Shown here: positions 1 through 15,000 of the stretch, piece by piece | Numbering within the stretch: the first letter of the stretch is position 1 | Layout: the number at the start of each line of letters is the position of its first letter | Assembly (NCBI GenBank): GCA_963674735.2 | Contig: CAXXQS010000002.1 | Span: 1,408,001-1,472,000 of the forward strand | Source: Myxococcota bacterium | GTDB lineage: Bacteria > Myxococcota_A > SURF-8 | Direction: 5' to 3' | Length of the DNA: 64,000 bases | Position numbers and translations under genes: made by a program | The notes under the pieces: generated by a model | Told to the model about the DNA's origin: nothing | Seen by the model: only the letters and a program-made list of their open reading frames with translations | Database searches by the model: none

Positions 1-1
1 G

Positions 2-3000
2 GTGACCAGTTATTACCCGGATACGATGCATGGTCCCGGAACGGCTTCCCAGGTTGTCACTTTCGATCGTACGCAACCCAAGCCGGTTGTCGCCACTATT
101 GGTGTACGGCCCGATACGGATCCGGATAGTGGTCAGACCCTCAACCGCATGGTCGTGGGCTATGAACACGGTGGCGTGTTTATCGAAGCGGAAGATGCCT
201 TCAATGTGGCTACTTCAACAGCCACTTTGGGGACCAGCTCGGTTGACAACGGAGATGACTACACGGCTTCCGGTGGTTCGTTCATGGAGTTGTCAGCGGC
301 CGGTTCGGCGCTTGAGTTCAAGTTCTACGCTGAAAAAACCGCCCGCTACTATCTGCATACGCTTGGTTATGCCATTGGTGGCGGCGACGACGAATTTTAC
401 GTGCATTTGGATGGCAGCGGTTCGGCCTTGGGTGATAGTGCGATCGATCCGCCCGACGGCAAGCCGGGTTACGGTTGGTCAAGCGGATACTCGCTGGGCA
501 CCCAGAACCTGGAACAGGGCTGGCATACGGTTACGTTGAAGAAGAAGCATCCGGCGAAAATCGATGCCGTGTGGATTTCTCAAACACGTCTGACCGATCC
601 TGCCGACCGGCGTCTGCTGTCCTTCAACCATGGAGAATTCCAGAAGGTTACACGTAGTTCCACTCTCGCCAGTGGGTACGTGCCTATCGAAGGTGTCGAG
701 GATGGCTTTGGTCGTACCGACCTGGGTGTCGGGTCCGATTATGTTTCCTTCATCGGCAGCGGCGAAACCTGGGGTATCACCAATGGTGAAGCCCACGACG
801 ACAAAAATCAGAATCTGGCTACGGCTATCTTAACCAGCGACAGTTACGACCATTTCACGGCTGAAGTCGACACTCGGATCTTGTCTACCAGCAATGGTGG
901 AGCGGGGTTGGTCGTACGCCAGGCCGGTGGAAGTTACTACATTTTCCAAATTCTCTTCCAATCGGGCGGCAAGGTCATCTTGAACCGCGACAATCAGTAT
1001 CCGGCTGCACCGTTCAAAGAGAAGACGGTCGCGCTTTCTGCGGGTGATTGGTATCGCCTGAAGGTCGTAGCGCGCGGCGCCGAGTTGAAGTTCTATGTCA
1101 ACGACGCGATGCAGTTTAATGTTTTCGACGACACGGTTAGCAGTGTTGCGGACTTCAGCGGGCGAGTCGGGTTGTATTCCCATCCGCGTACCGGTACGGG
1201 AAACCATTACGCCTACTTCGACAATTTCCGCGTGTTGCCGTTCTCCACTCCGGGTGGAGTGGTGGATAACGATGCCGTCGATCTCGGGGCTCCGACAACG
1301 CCGACAGCGCTTGCGGGCAATCCGACGACGCCGCCTGTCGGGGCGACGAACGAAACGGAATTGACGGTTCGTTGGAACGCCGCCAATGACACGACGAATA
1401 CCGACACGTATTACTACGTGACGGAAATGGTCGATCTGGAGGGCAACGAAGAAAATCTGCTCGGTAATGGCGGTTTCGAGCTGGGAGATGCAGGGTGGAC
1501 CAATAGTTCTCCCGCTCAGAACCCGATTCTGGAATCGGGCTGGGCGAGCGGTGAAACCTACGAGGGCGACTGGGCGGCCAGCTTCGCGGCGTCCGGTACG
1601 ATAAGCTATGTGGTCAGCAGTGTTTCGATCCCGAATGGCGGCCAACAGTTTTTCGCCAGCGGTATGTTGTCGGCGATTTCGTCCGGGCTTGAAGTGCAGG
1701 TTTGGGCGCGCACGACCGGAACCACTGGTTGGAATGAAGCTCAGCATAAGATTTTCGGTGAAGGTCTCACCGACTTTACGGGCAAATGGACCGAGGTGGG
1801 TCGTGGATTCCGCATCGCCAACACTTCCGGCAGTGCGCGCAATTACGATCTGATGTTCCGCCTCAGTAACTCGGGTAGTGTGGGGCTGGCGGATGACCTC
1901 AAGATTGTCAAAGGCCAGCAGGGCACCATCTACACCGGTGTGGGCGGCTACGACGTTTGGTGGTTGCCGGAGGGATTGACTGAAGTGGTGGGCGGCAAGC
2001 GCCAGCCTGTCAGTGGTGTTACCGCAGAGGAGATCGGTGTAACCGCTCTAGCCAGCACCTATACGATTCCGCAGAATGCCCAAAACGAATATCAGGACGG
2101 AAACTGGTATGCGTTTACTCAAACCTTCGATCGCGCCGGTGCGACTCCGAACCGCAGCGCCGAGTGGCTGGCCTTCGGTCCTTTCGAAGTGGATACGCGC
2201 GATCCGGTAGTGACACTCGGCGACCCGCGCATTATGGTCGATAACGGAAGTGGGACGTTGGTCGATAGCGACTTTACGCATACTCCCAATGTTTTCCTGC
2301 ATTTCCGTGTTGAAGACCTGAGTGCTTACATGGTCAAGGACGACAGCCAGATTACGGAAGGCGAGGCCGATCCTGCCTCGACTCAGTGGATTGTGCCGTC
2401 GCTGGCCGATTGCACCAAGCAAACCAGCGGAACGACGGATATCTGGACCTGCGATATTCCGCATACGTTGTCGGGGACCGACCAGGACGATTATACTGTC
2501 TATATGCGGTTCATGGATGACGTGGGCAATGTTACCGACAACTACAGCGATACGATCACGCACGATAGCGAAGGCCCGGATCCGGTTTCGTTGACGATCG
2601 GTGAGGATGTTGACGGAACCTTCTCCGAACTCGAATTCACCAACCGCCTCGAAAACATCGGCGGTGTCTGGAAGGCTTTGGCCGACCTCGATCTGCAGGC
2701 GACGGATAACTGGCCGCCGATCACGATGGATCTCAGCAACACCAATGGCAGCTGGCCCAATAGCTGGCAGTCGCTGAGTTCACCGTACCTCGAGTGGGAG
2801 CTGGATGTGAGCAGCACCACCACGCCGGTTGAAGAGACCGTGTCGGTATATGCCCGTTTCCGCGATGGTAGCGGAATCGAGCAAAACCAGAGTAGTGCCT
2901 CTGATTCCATCAAGTTCGATACCCGCGGTCCGCAGGTGTGTAACCTGGAGTTCATGAGCGGGACGAACGATAACGGCACTTTGCGTTCCAATACCAAGTC

Positions 3001-6000
3001 CGTGGCGGTTCGACTGGTTGTTGAAGACTGGTGGAGCCCGTGGAAATATGCATTGTCTCGCACGACCAGTACGGGGACGATTACCGAAATCTTCACCTCT
3101 CCCCTCGATACCTCCTGGGATCTGGTCCCCTCTACCGACAACACGCTTTACGATGAGCAGAAGTCGGTTTATCTGAAGTGCTGGGATGGTGGCGACAACC
3201 ACGATGCGACCAACTCCGTCGATCAGAAGAGCATCGTCTACGATAACCGCCCGCCCAAGGCGCGCTATGTTCAGGCTTGGCCGCAGGTCGAGTACCCGAC
3301 CGGGAACTTGTATACCGCCTCGCGCGATATCGATATCCGCCTGGTGGTTGAAGACAGCAACATCACCGGCAATGCCTGGCTGGAACATTGGTTCCCGGTT
3401 CAGGTGCGGTTGTCCAACGACGGTGTTTTCGATGGTCAGGATGATCTTGGCGGGACATTTGTTGAACATGCCGAGGAACTGACCTGGTATAGCTTGGGCA
3501 ATCCCTATAGCTATGATGGCAGCAGCCAGTTGATTCCGCTTACCGTTCCGACTACTTGGCGTCTAACCAACGGTGACGACACCAAGACGGTTTACATGAA
3601 CTTGAAGGATGGCGGTGGCAATGAATGGAGTGTGGTTGGAACTCTGCCGACCGACACCATCAAGCTCGATACCGCCGGTCCGACCGGTGAGATGGATGTG
3701 GAAGACCTGGATGGGTATATCAATACCGAAAACGGTCAGGTTCGTATCATCCTTTCGAATGTGGTGGAACAGTGGCATCAGGTACAGATGCAGGTGCGCC
3801 ACGAACATCGGACAAGCGGTGGAGCTATCGATTATTCAGGCGATTGGACCTGGGAGAAGGTCTGCTCCTCTGCCCAGAAGACCAGCGACGGCTGGTGCCC
3901 GGTTAATTACGATTTCAATACCTGGCAGCTCGGGAAAGATGTTGATGGAACTTGGACCGTTCTGCAGGGTGACTGGACCGTCTATGTCCGTCTGCGTGAC
4001 GGCGGCAAGAACATCAATGTCATCGGCTCCGAAACCGTCTACCATTCCACCGAAGCGCCCGAGTGCAGCCTCGTGATCAATGGTGGGGCGGAATGGACCA
4101 ACGACCCGAACGTGGATCTGCTGGTCACGAATGTTTGTGATTCCGGAACCGACGACTGCGAGTCGGTCGGTAAAACGCCGGTTTCCTATACGGCTAAAAA
4201 CGTGCCGGGCGATTACTCGGGTCCGTACTGGGACTTCACCAACCCCTCCACCACGAAAGTCGATTGGCCGATCCTGACGGATCGACCCGACCAGACCGAT
4301 GGTGAGAAGATCGTTTACGCCTACTGCAAAAATGCGGCGAACAACATTTCGTCGGCGGCGTTGAGTTCGATCAAGCTGGACACCTATGCCCCGGTACCGC
4401 CGACAACGAGCGGCACGCCTCAATCGCCGACACCGGATCGGGCGTATTGCAACAACGATCCGGCTCCAACCTGGACCTGGAATGCGTGGTCCGATAACAG
4501 TGGCTCGACGATCGGTTCCTCGGGTATCGACTACTATGTGGTTTATTGGGGAACAACGGCCTTCAGTTCCTGTGCGGGCTGTAGCGACACGGTGGATGCC
4601 GACACGCGGGCTAGTTCATACCAATACACCAATGCGGTCGACGACATGACGGATACCGTCGGTGGCACCACTTGGTATTTCTGGGTGAAGGCGTTCGATA
4701 AAGCCGGAAATGAATCGGAAGTGACCTCCGGTTCCGGTTCGATCGTCATCGATACCATCCCGCCGAGCTTGGCCAGCGCCTGGATGACTATTTTCGATGA
4801 TAACCGTGCTTGGTATAACAAGTACTACCCGCTTACTGTCCGATTGGATGGCGTGGTTGGTGCGTATCAGATGCTGGTGGATAGCGAGCATGATCCCACT
4901 CAGCCGCTCAACCTCTACCCCGATGATGTCAGTGGCTCGGCTCCTTGGGTCGGTTACAATCAGATTATCAGCTTCATCAGGATCGAACCGGACGGTGAAG
5001 ACGAGCATCGTTGGATTTCCATGGTGTTCCGTGATCGTGCAGGCAACGTAACCAACACCTACATTGCCGATGATATCGGTATCGATGTGTCCAAACCTGT
5101 GTGGTCGGGTGCACCTACCTGCGGCACGTCGCCGACCAACGATAACACCCCGACCTGTGACTGGACCGGTTTGGTTGAGGATACCGTGTCGGGCTTCCAC
5201 GATTCGGCGCCGTTTGTGTTGCGCTGGGAGAAGGGCTCGAAGAGCATTACGGTCACCACCACCGACTTCACTTACTCGCTGAGCGACATCCCGGCTGGTA
5301 CGGGGTTGGGCGATGGTGAGTGGACCATGTGGGTGACGGCTTACGATAAGGCCAACAACAACGAAGCGTCGAGTCAGGTCACTTTTACCGTCGATACGGA
5401 ACCGCCTGCGGGTGAATTGACCATTACCGATGCGGTGAGCTACGACGGTCATGAGACGATCTACACGCGCTTTGCCGATGTGGATCTGTCGATCCCGTTG
5501 ACCAGTGAAGGCAGCGGCTTCGATCCGGCCGATTACCAGATGAAGTTGTGGAACGCAGGCGAGAGTGCTCCCGCCTATGCGGCCTACGAAGATACCAAGA
5601 GCGACTGGCCGCTGTTCGATTCGGCGACGGCCGGTGAGAAGACCATTCAGGTCTGTTTCAGTGATTTGGCGAATAACGAGAGCGAATGTCCGCCGGTTTT
5701 GGCGAATACGCCCGATCACATTGCGACGATTTACTACGATCCCACTCCGCCGCCGGCCGTGACGGCTCTGGCTGCGGATGATACCTTCGCTTCTCCGGAC
5801 GGGCCGAGTACGGCCGATCGTACGCCGTCCTGGTCCTGGTCGTGGTCCAATGACGATGCCACCGGTGCCTCCGGCGGACGTGTTATCAACCGCTATCGCC
5901 TGGAATGGAAGAAAGTCGATCGTAACGACGATAACGTGATTCTTGAAGGCCCGTTCCCGACGGCCTCCGAAGATCCGATGTTTACCGACGGCACCAGCTT

Positions 6001-9000
6001 CCAGCATGTGGATGAGCTGTCGAAGGGTAAATGGATCATGACGGCCTGGGTGTACGACAACGCAGGCAACGAGTCGGCGGCGGAGACGGCCACCGTGTTT
6101 ATCGAGGCCATTTCGATCCCGGCTCGCCCGATCGTTACACGCGGTGCGTTGTATCCGCTGAACAGCGGGATGGCGGCTGCGTACTTGACTCTGGATGTGG
6201 ATAGCGAAAATCCGATCAATACGCTTTACAGTGTGTACGAAGAAACGACCGGCAAATATCTCAAGGCCGACGGAACCTTGAGTGGCGATGAAGTCGGTCC
6301 TGAATCGGGCGACCCCAGCGTGCCCAGTATTTGGCGTACCATCAACGAATGGAATCCGGCCGGTCAGCCGCCCTTCATCATTCGCGGTCTGGAAAACGGC
6401 AAGGTTTACCGGTTCAAGGCCAAAGCCTTCTACACCGGTTTGAACAGCTCCGATTTCGGAGAGGCCATGCCGTTTGTGCCGGGCGATCATATCGCCACGA
6501 AGGCTGCGAACTTGGCGGCGACGACGGTCAACCATGCAAACGGGTACCCCGACCACGTGGAACTGTCTTGGAACTTCGATTGGAATGCCTTCAGTCAGGC
6601 TGCAACTGTTTACGATGCACCGCTTGACGCCGGCTATGAACAGTTTGTTGTCAACCAGGATCTGGCTACGGGTGGTGTAACGGTTGTTTCTTATGCGGAT
6701 AACAACCAGGTTACGGATGGTGTCACGTCGGTGATTCTCAACCGCGGTGATTCCATTGTTCTTCCCGATGCGAGTGTGACTCCGGCCTATACCTTGGAAC
6801 CGAAAACGAAGATCGTCGGTTCCGGTCCCTTCACGGCGAAGGGCAATGGTCCGGATGTCGGCGGCATGCTGGTTCCGGGGGCGTATGCCGATACGGCCTT
6901 CGCTTCGATCGCGGCGCGCAATAGTGATGTCGTCATTACGGTGTTGGCCTTGGAAGAAGGTACTGATATCGGGGTCTATGAGAACAACGGTGTGTTGAAG
7001 GATTCCGCCAATTTGGGACGCGATGACTTCTATCGCTTCGACAACCTTGGATTGGGTAAAGACTCGACGGTCAGCGTTTTGGGTAACAAGCCTTTCCTGG
7101 CTTACTACACGGCCACCGGGTCGGCGGCGGATGATTTCTATCCCATGCCGCCGTTGGCCACGGAACTTTACGGCGTTCCCAGTTCCAGCTTCCGTCTGGC
7201 TTGCCCGACCGCCGGGACAACCGGAACGATTTACAAATCCGATGGCAGTTCGACCCCGTTCAGCTGCGGTCCTACCAGTTCCGTCAGCGATACGGGAGCT
7301 TCTTTGGGTGCCGGTCCGGCTTATCGGGTTGTCTCGGACAACTATCCGATCGCGGGTCTTGGCTATGCGGACAGTTCCGGTGGTGAAGGTGAATCGCTCA
7401 TTCCCAAACGCTTCATGGGTAATGCGTTTACGGTTGCCGAAGGGACGATATATGTTGCCTTGGCGCTACAGGAACAAGGGGCTACCGTCACGGTTTACGA
7501 TCAAGATGGAAATGATCGTGGCTTGACGCCGACCGCAACGGAGTCGAGTTGCAGCGGTTGTCCGGGCTATGCGCTTCTGGGTGCCGTGAATGCGGGTGAC
7601 CTGATCGTTACGTCATCGGCTGCCATGGCCTACTACGACAGTGCATCCGGTGGTTATGAAACCGGTATTGCCGCGTGGCCGATGTGGACCAATACCATCC
7701 AGCGGGCCGATGGCTCGGGTGATGGGATGCTGACCTCGATGGGAGGTTGGTTCGACGACTTCAGCACGGCTTCCATGTCCAACTACAGCTCTGCTTTCAG
7801 CAGCGGTTTCGCGATCGGCGGCGGGCAGTTGGTGGACAACATTTCCGGTAATAAGCTTGGTTTGGTGTACGACGCCAACAGCGGTTCCGACTATATCGTC
7901 GAAGCGGATGTCTTCAATGGCGACGGACCGGATTCCGGTCTGGTTGGACTGCTGTTCCGCTACGCAAGTGCAAGCGATTACTATCTCTTCGGAATCAGTT
8001 CGGAGTCCGGTGTGCAAGGTGCGCGCCTGCTTCTGCGTCAAAATGGTGTGGCGAGCTCGGCTGAAGCTTCGCTCGTCGACCTGCCCCTGCAACTGGAGTC
8101 GAACCGCTGGTACCATCTGAAGGTGGTGGCCAAAGGTAAACGATTCCGTTGTTATGTGGGTGATTACCTGGTTATCGATCACTTCGATAAGAACGCTCTG
8201 GCAAGTGGAAAAACCGGTGTGTTCTCGGGTGAAAACTCGGCACAGGTTGTTTTCGATAACTTCAGTGTGGCTCCGATTTCCGATGCCGCGGCTTATGCCG
8301 CCGATGATGCCCACGACGTGATGCCGCCGAACGCGGTGGACGAGGGCAACCTTGGCATCACCTCGGGACAGACCCAGAGCGATCCGCCCACCACCATTTC
8401 TTGGTACAACGATCCGGTGGTCGGTTTGTCGTGGAATACGCCTTCCGACGTTGCGACGGATTACACCTTCGTGCAGGATGTGGCGGATCCGGACGGCAAC
8501 TTCAACAACGGTTTCGAGAACGGTGGCTTTGAGCTGGCAATTTCGGCTGATAACTGGGGTAATGAAGATAGCGATTGCTCCGATGGCAAGTGTCATCTGC
8601 GGACCCTCGATCTCGATGGAAATCCCGCCAGCTTCGCGGGCTCGTCGAATTATGCCTGGCGCGTGAAGACCGATGGCAATGTGCCGATCCCGGTCATGGT
8701 GCAACAGGCACCCGATCTGTCAGCGACGAATACGAGCTTCCTCTTCGAGTTTGCGTACCGTTGTGTTGAAGCGACCGGCTCGAACGGTTGGCAGTTCTAT
8801 TTCGCCAATAATGCTCAGTCCGTATTCCTGCGTCCCAGTGGAACGGCGGTTCTGGCCAGTGGTGAACGACTGGCCAAGGATATGTCCAACTTCACCTGCG
8901 ATGCGGATGAAGAGGGCGTGTTCCGTGCCGTTTTGTCTCGCAATGCGTCGGTTGACGATTTCCAGTTCTTCCTGGTCGAGCATCCGGCAGCGGGTGCTCA

Positions 9001-12000
9001 AGAAATTCTGCTTGATAACCTGCGGTTACGCAAAGTCGAGCAGACGTCGGTTGTTTCGGGCCTGGACGGATACGCGTTTGTGTGCGGGACGGATACCGTT
9101 AACAATTGGACCAAGAACAAGGAAGAAACGGTTACGTCGGCGAATTGCGATTTCTCGGCCAGCCAGGGCGGCAACAACTTCATTCACCTGCGTACGGTTG
9201 ATAACCGTGGCAACTGGGATGAAGAAGAAGATGTCGTGACTTTGGGACCGTTCTACATCGATATCGAAGCGCCTGATGCTCCGGGTGAGCCGGACACCGA
9301 GCGCGACCCGATGAACGAGCCGCGACCGACTTGGTCTTGGACGCGACCCGCCGATAATCCGGCGCTTGATGCTTCGGGCTTGGATGCGGCGCATACTTAC
9401 ACGGTTTACTGGTCGTTGGACCCGAACGCCGACGAAGCGACGCTACGTTCGGCCGATCAGTATGACGAAATCACCGATATGCCGGATACGCGACCCGGTT
9501 ACGCGGATCACTCGATTTACACGATTCCGGAAACCAAACCGGGGCTTACCCATACGTCGGGTGAGAGTGCGACGTGGCATTTCTGGGTTTACGCCATCGA
9601 TAAAGCGGGCAATGTTTCCGATCGTTCCGTCGGGTCGGTTGAAATCGATTTGATGGGTTGCGAGATGCCCGACACCGATGCCGTGGTGTTGGAAGATGGG
9701 GCCGAATATACCCCGAACCAGGCGGCCAAGGTTGTCGTCGCATCGAGCGGGACGTCCTGTTACTGGATCGGTCTCAGCAATACGCCGGTTATGCCGGATT
9801 ACGAAGATTTCAGTGCTTCCGACGGCAGTGGCCGCTGGTTCGACTTGCGAACCTTGACGCCTGCCGATACCGTGTTGAATTGGGATCTGGATACGGGCTT
9901 GACCAATACGGATGACGGCATGCGTACCGTGTATGTGTGGGTCCGTGACACGGCTTACAATGTCGAGGGTCCGAAATCGGATTCGACTTACCTCGACCGG
10001 ATCAAGCCGAGTACGCCGGGTAAACCGATTGCGACGAGCGAACCGGTGAATCCGAGCGATCCGTGGCCTGAGATCAACCCGAACTCGGATACGACCCCGT
10101 TGTGGCGTTGGGTGGCATCGACGGATAACCTTTCCGGTATTCGCGATGTGAACGGATACGAGTTGCAGTGGGATACGGATGTCAACTTCAGTAGTCCCGT
10201 GTCGCAGCTTTTGGATCCGGAAGAACTGCGCGACATCCAGGGTGTCTCGAACAGCATCTACAACCATCCGAGTGAGGAAGCGAAACAGCTTTCCTACGAT
10301 CCGTACAGCCTCGTCAACAAGACTTGGTACATGCGTGTACGGTCTTTCGATAATGTAGATCATGCGAGTGACTGGTCGGAACCGATCGGTAGTATCACGG
10401 CTCAGGTCACGATCGATATCACGTGGCCGGAGGCGGCTTTCACGATCGACGATGGGGCGGAAATTACCTCGAACCGGCGCGTTACGTTGGATGTAACGAA
10501 CGCGACGGATCTGTGGCAACCCATCACGTTTGCAGTGGCCAACACCGACAATCCGTTGAGCTTCGATTACACGTATCCCGCTAATGCGGAGATTACCAAC
10601 TGGGATCTGACGTCGAGCTTGCCGGATTACGGAACTCCGGGATTCGATCCGCCGGACGGCGAATATGAAGTCTACATGCGATTCCGCGATGGTGGCTTGA
10701 CTCCGACGCCGCAGGATGTGTTGGAAAGCACCAAGCAGGTTATCATTCTCGATACCCACGGTCCCGACTGTAACGGTGACGACGATAGTGGCCTGATTGC
10801 GGCGCGTTATCATGAGTCCGGTTATGGTTTGGAGATGTTCTGGGACGAGCCGAGTGATCCTTATTCGGCGGTCGATCATGTCTACCTGGAAGTCAGTGTA
10901 AACGGTGGAACCTACACAACGCCATCTACCGTTCCTAGCGGTAACCTGGCTGCGGACAGCACCGGTTACTATGACTATGGCTTGGCTCAGGGTTCCAGCT
11001 ACCAGTATCGTTACAAGTGCTACGACGATCTGGGTAACTCGTCCGACTTTGTTTATAGCGAAGTCCTGGTACCCTCCGATACGACGGCTCCCGCGACGCC
11101 GGTCAACTTCACATGGCGAAGCGAGATTGATACTCCGTCGAGCAACCCCGATGTTCAGGGTTCCGTGAAGTTGAGCCTGATTTGGGAGAATGTGACGGAT
11201 GTGGATCTGTCTCACTACAATGTTTACGGCTCCATGGTTCCCACGGACCTGACCAACCGTCTGGTGGCGGCCGGTTGCGGTCTCTCGATGGGGTCGGGTG
11301 CTGTCACCTCGCCATGCAGTTTGGCCGTGGATGGCAACGGCACCACTTACTTCGAGTTGGATCAGCCCGGTTACGATATGGCCGAATGGCTGCTCGACTC
11401 GTCCGAGCATCTGGGTAAAGTGCGGGTGCGCTTCTACGACGACGACAACCGTATCTTCAAGCGCGAACAGATTCGTATGTACACCGGCGTGAGCGACTTC
11501 ATTCGCCTGTCGCCTGACGGCTTGCTCGAGGATATCGTCGATGGATTCGCGTGGCGGGCCGACCGCAGCCAGATGAGCTTCCCGGTACCTTACGATGCCG
11601 GTTCGGCATTGCGAGTGGCCGCGCTGTTCGACGGTATTACCGAGGCGCAGATCAGCTCGACCGACGACAAGGTTCGGATCGTGGAAATCGAGGCCTTCGG
11701 TTCGCGTCTCAATATTTCCGATATCCAGCCCGCTTCCGATGGCGGAGACCCGGATTACCCGGACACCAAGTTCGAGTGGACCGTGACCGGCATGGAAGAG
11801 TGGCATTTCGCCGTCGATTCGGTGGATACCGCGAACAACGCTTCGGAGCATTCGAACCCGATCGTCAGTATTCAGGCGATCGATTCCTCGCCTCCGTACG
11901 CTCCGGTCATTTCGGCCGCCAAATTCGGCGAGCCGTCCGAAACGGTGGCTGAAGGAACTTGGTACGGTTTCGATGATGTGACCTTCGGCTGGACCTCCAG

Positions 12001-15000
12001 CGACAAAGAAGGTACGCCGATCGTCAACTACCGTTGGTATTTCGATGCTCCGGGTGCCGAGTGCACATCGGGCAACTACGACACCAACGGGAATTGCCAT
12101 GGTTTGACCATCTCTTACGATCAGATGGACATCCCCGATTGCGTCAGTTCGGTTCAGCCTTGGCGTTTCTACGTGCAGGCGCAAAACGATGTCGGTTTGT
12201 GGTCCGCTTGGAGTTACTTCGAGATCAGCATCGAAACGCGCGAACCGCTGGTCTTGAATCTGACGGCCCCCGACTTCGACGATTTGCCTGTCGTGACGCC
12301 TCCGTATTCCAACGATACGTGGGAAAACAACGACGCTCCGTTCTTTGTTTGGGCCACGGATCCGGATACGGTATCGGGTATTCAAGGTTATGTCTGGGAA
12401 TTCATTCCCGAACCGAGTGTCGGTTACGACCCGACAACCTGGACGCCTGCGGATCCGAACAACATCGAATCCTATAGTGCCAATCCGCTTCGTGAAGACT
12501 TCACGGCGGTTGCCGACGGGCGTCACTGGTTCCACATTCAAGCGGTTTCGATTGCGGGTGTTGTAGGCCCGGCCAGTCATTACCTGGTGAAGATCGATAC
12601 GGCGCCGAAATACCTCGACATCTTGCTGGTGGATCAGCAAACGACGGAAAGTGTCTGGTATTCCTACGACAGTGTGGATGAGATCAGATGGCACTCGCAG
12701 GCGCTCTCCGGTATTCACAGCTTCACCTGGCAGTTCGACCAAACTCCGGGTAGTGCCTTCTCCAGTTTCGGAGCCGAAGCGGAAAGCGTTTCCGTCCTTG
12801 GATCTGAGGATGTTGAAGAAGTGGAAAGCGCCTACGATCTGCCGTGGGATGTGAGCGACAATCCCAGCACGTTCCCCGATAGCGGTGTGTGGACCTTCCA
12901 CTTGCAGGCCACGGCCAATTCGGGAGCGACCAGCAACGTTCTGCACCGCGACATACAGGTGGATCTCGGACCGACAACGCCGGTCTTCAACGGGACACTC
13001 TCCAGCGAGAGCCCGGATGACACGGCGGATCCGAGTGACGAGTTGTGGATCAACGAGTCGCAGCCTGTTACGGTTTGGAACGTCAGTTCCTTGTCCGGTA
13101 TCGAAAAAGTTCTCGTTCTGGTTACCCAGGATGCGGGCGAAGTGCCGACCGAATCGACACCGGGTGTTGTGGTGATCAACGATGCCGATGATGGCGTGGC
13201 TGACGGTATCGTGGCCAATACCTACCAGACTCCGGTGATACCCAGCGGTATCTGGTATGTGATCGTGCGCGCCCAGAACCGGGCCGTACCGGCCGTGTGG
13301 AGCCAGGCGGCAGCCCGCGAGTATAACGTCGATACCGGCCCGACGCTGCCGGAAGTGACGGCGGATCCGCATGCGGATGAATCCGTCTGGTATGCGGAAG
13401 CTCTCGATGAGACGACGCTCAGTTTCTGGGCGGCGGCCTTCTCCGGCGTTTCGAAATTCCAGTACACCTGGGGTCGCGATGAAACGTTGCCGACCACGCC
13501 GACTTGGACGGACATTGCGGTTGATGGCGGCGACATCGATGCGACCTGGACGGCGGGTCCGGATTCCCCGGAACCGCTCGACTTGCCGCGTTACAAGCAG
13601 ACCTTGGATCGCTCGGATCTTACTCCGGGAATCTGGTATCTGCATGTCCGTGCCGTCAACGGCATCAGCGTGCCGGGACAGGTGAAACGATTCAGCATCC
13701 ACATGAATGAGGAAGCGCGGATCGAAGATGTGTCGGTTGGTCTGGATCCCGTCAAGACGGATGCCAGTGAAACTCAGGTGACGACGGTTGAAATCTACGA
13801 TTACAACACGGCGGCCAACATCAAGAAGGTGCATCTGGCGATTGACGCGTTGAATTACGATTCCAATCCGACCGGTGACGCGGTCAAGCGCGGATACTTC
13901 ACGTGGTCGCCGACTGAAGGCTTTACGAAGCTGGCCGGAAACGGCGGCGATCATGTGTTGCTGAGCGGATCGGTGGTTGATCCCAAGCCCACCGATGCCG
14001 ACTACAATACGGCCACGACTCTGGTCGTGCAATTCAAGTGGCTGCTACTCTCCACCTATGGAGATACGCAGGCGAATCAGGTGAAGGTGATCGTGGAGGA
14101 CTACACCGAACCGCCGACCCCGGCGAGCGGGTGGAACACCAGCGCTCCGACCTTCGATTCCAACAAGCAGGTTCCGGAAACCGACCATGTATCGCCTTTG
14201 AGCGGTGTGTGGTGGCAGCCGGAAAATTACACATACAATGACAGCGATGACGACTGGGGCCGTCCGAATCTCAAGGTTGAAGAAGTTGACGATCCGAACA
14301 TGCACGATGTCGTATCGTACCTGTTCTCGATCTCAACCCAGCCGGACGGCGTTTCAGGCACGCTTGGTGAGCAGTTGTTCGAGTCGGGTTGGTTTATCCC
14401 CGAAACCGGCGACTATGATCTGAGTGGCAATATCCAGTGGCAGGTGGAAGGCCCGGCGGAAAATTACCTGCGCCTCAGCACGGCTTACTACTATTGGATC
14501 AGCCGCACGCGTGACAACCATGGCTGGGAAAACGATTGCAACGATCCGTTCAATCCGGCCAATGGTTGCGAGCCGTGGCTTTTGAAGGTGGATGCGACCA
14601 AGCCTGTGATTACCAGTTTGACGGCATCGCCGCAAAACGATCCGGAGCAGTGGAGCAACGACGATACGCCGCGTCTGACGTGGAGTGCGGCGACGGTTTC
14701 ACCGGCCCAGATCGACGGTTTCTCATGGAGTGTGCCGTTCTCCAATACGTCTTACACCGATCATGCGGCGCAGACACCGGACGTCGACCGATTGAAGGAC
14801 GAGGGTTCTGCAACAACGGCGATTACGCTCAACCCGTTGAGCGACGGTATCTCCGTTTTCCACATTCGGACCGTAAGCTTGGCCGGTCGCTGGGGTGACG
14901 ACGAAACGAAAGTTTTACGTATCGATACGTCGCCACCGATCAAGCCGACCACTTATTCGAGTACCCACCCGAACGGGCATGCGGAAGATCCGGAAACCTG

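Noticed and set aside
9443-14032. 1529-aa antisense ORF inside the giant gene (also 4616-6556 and 16133-17524)
   Set aside because: Codon-aligned shadow frame. The sense gene rarely uses TTA/CTA/TCA, so antisense stops are scarce. The product is R/V/G-rich with no motifs.
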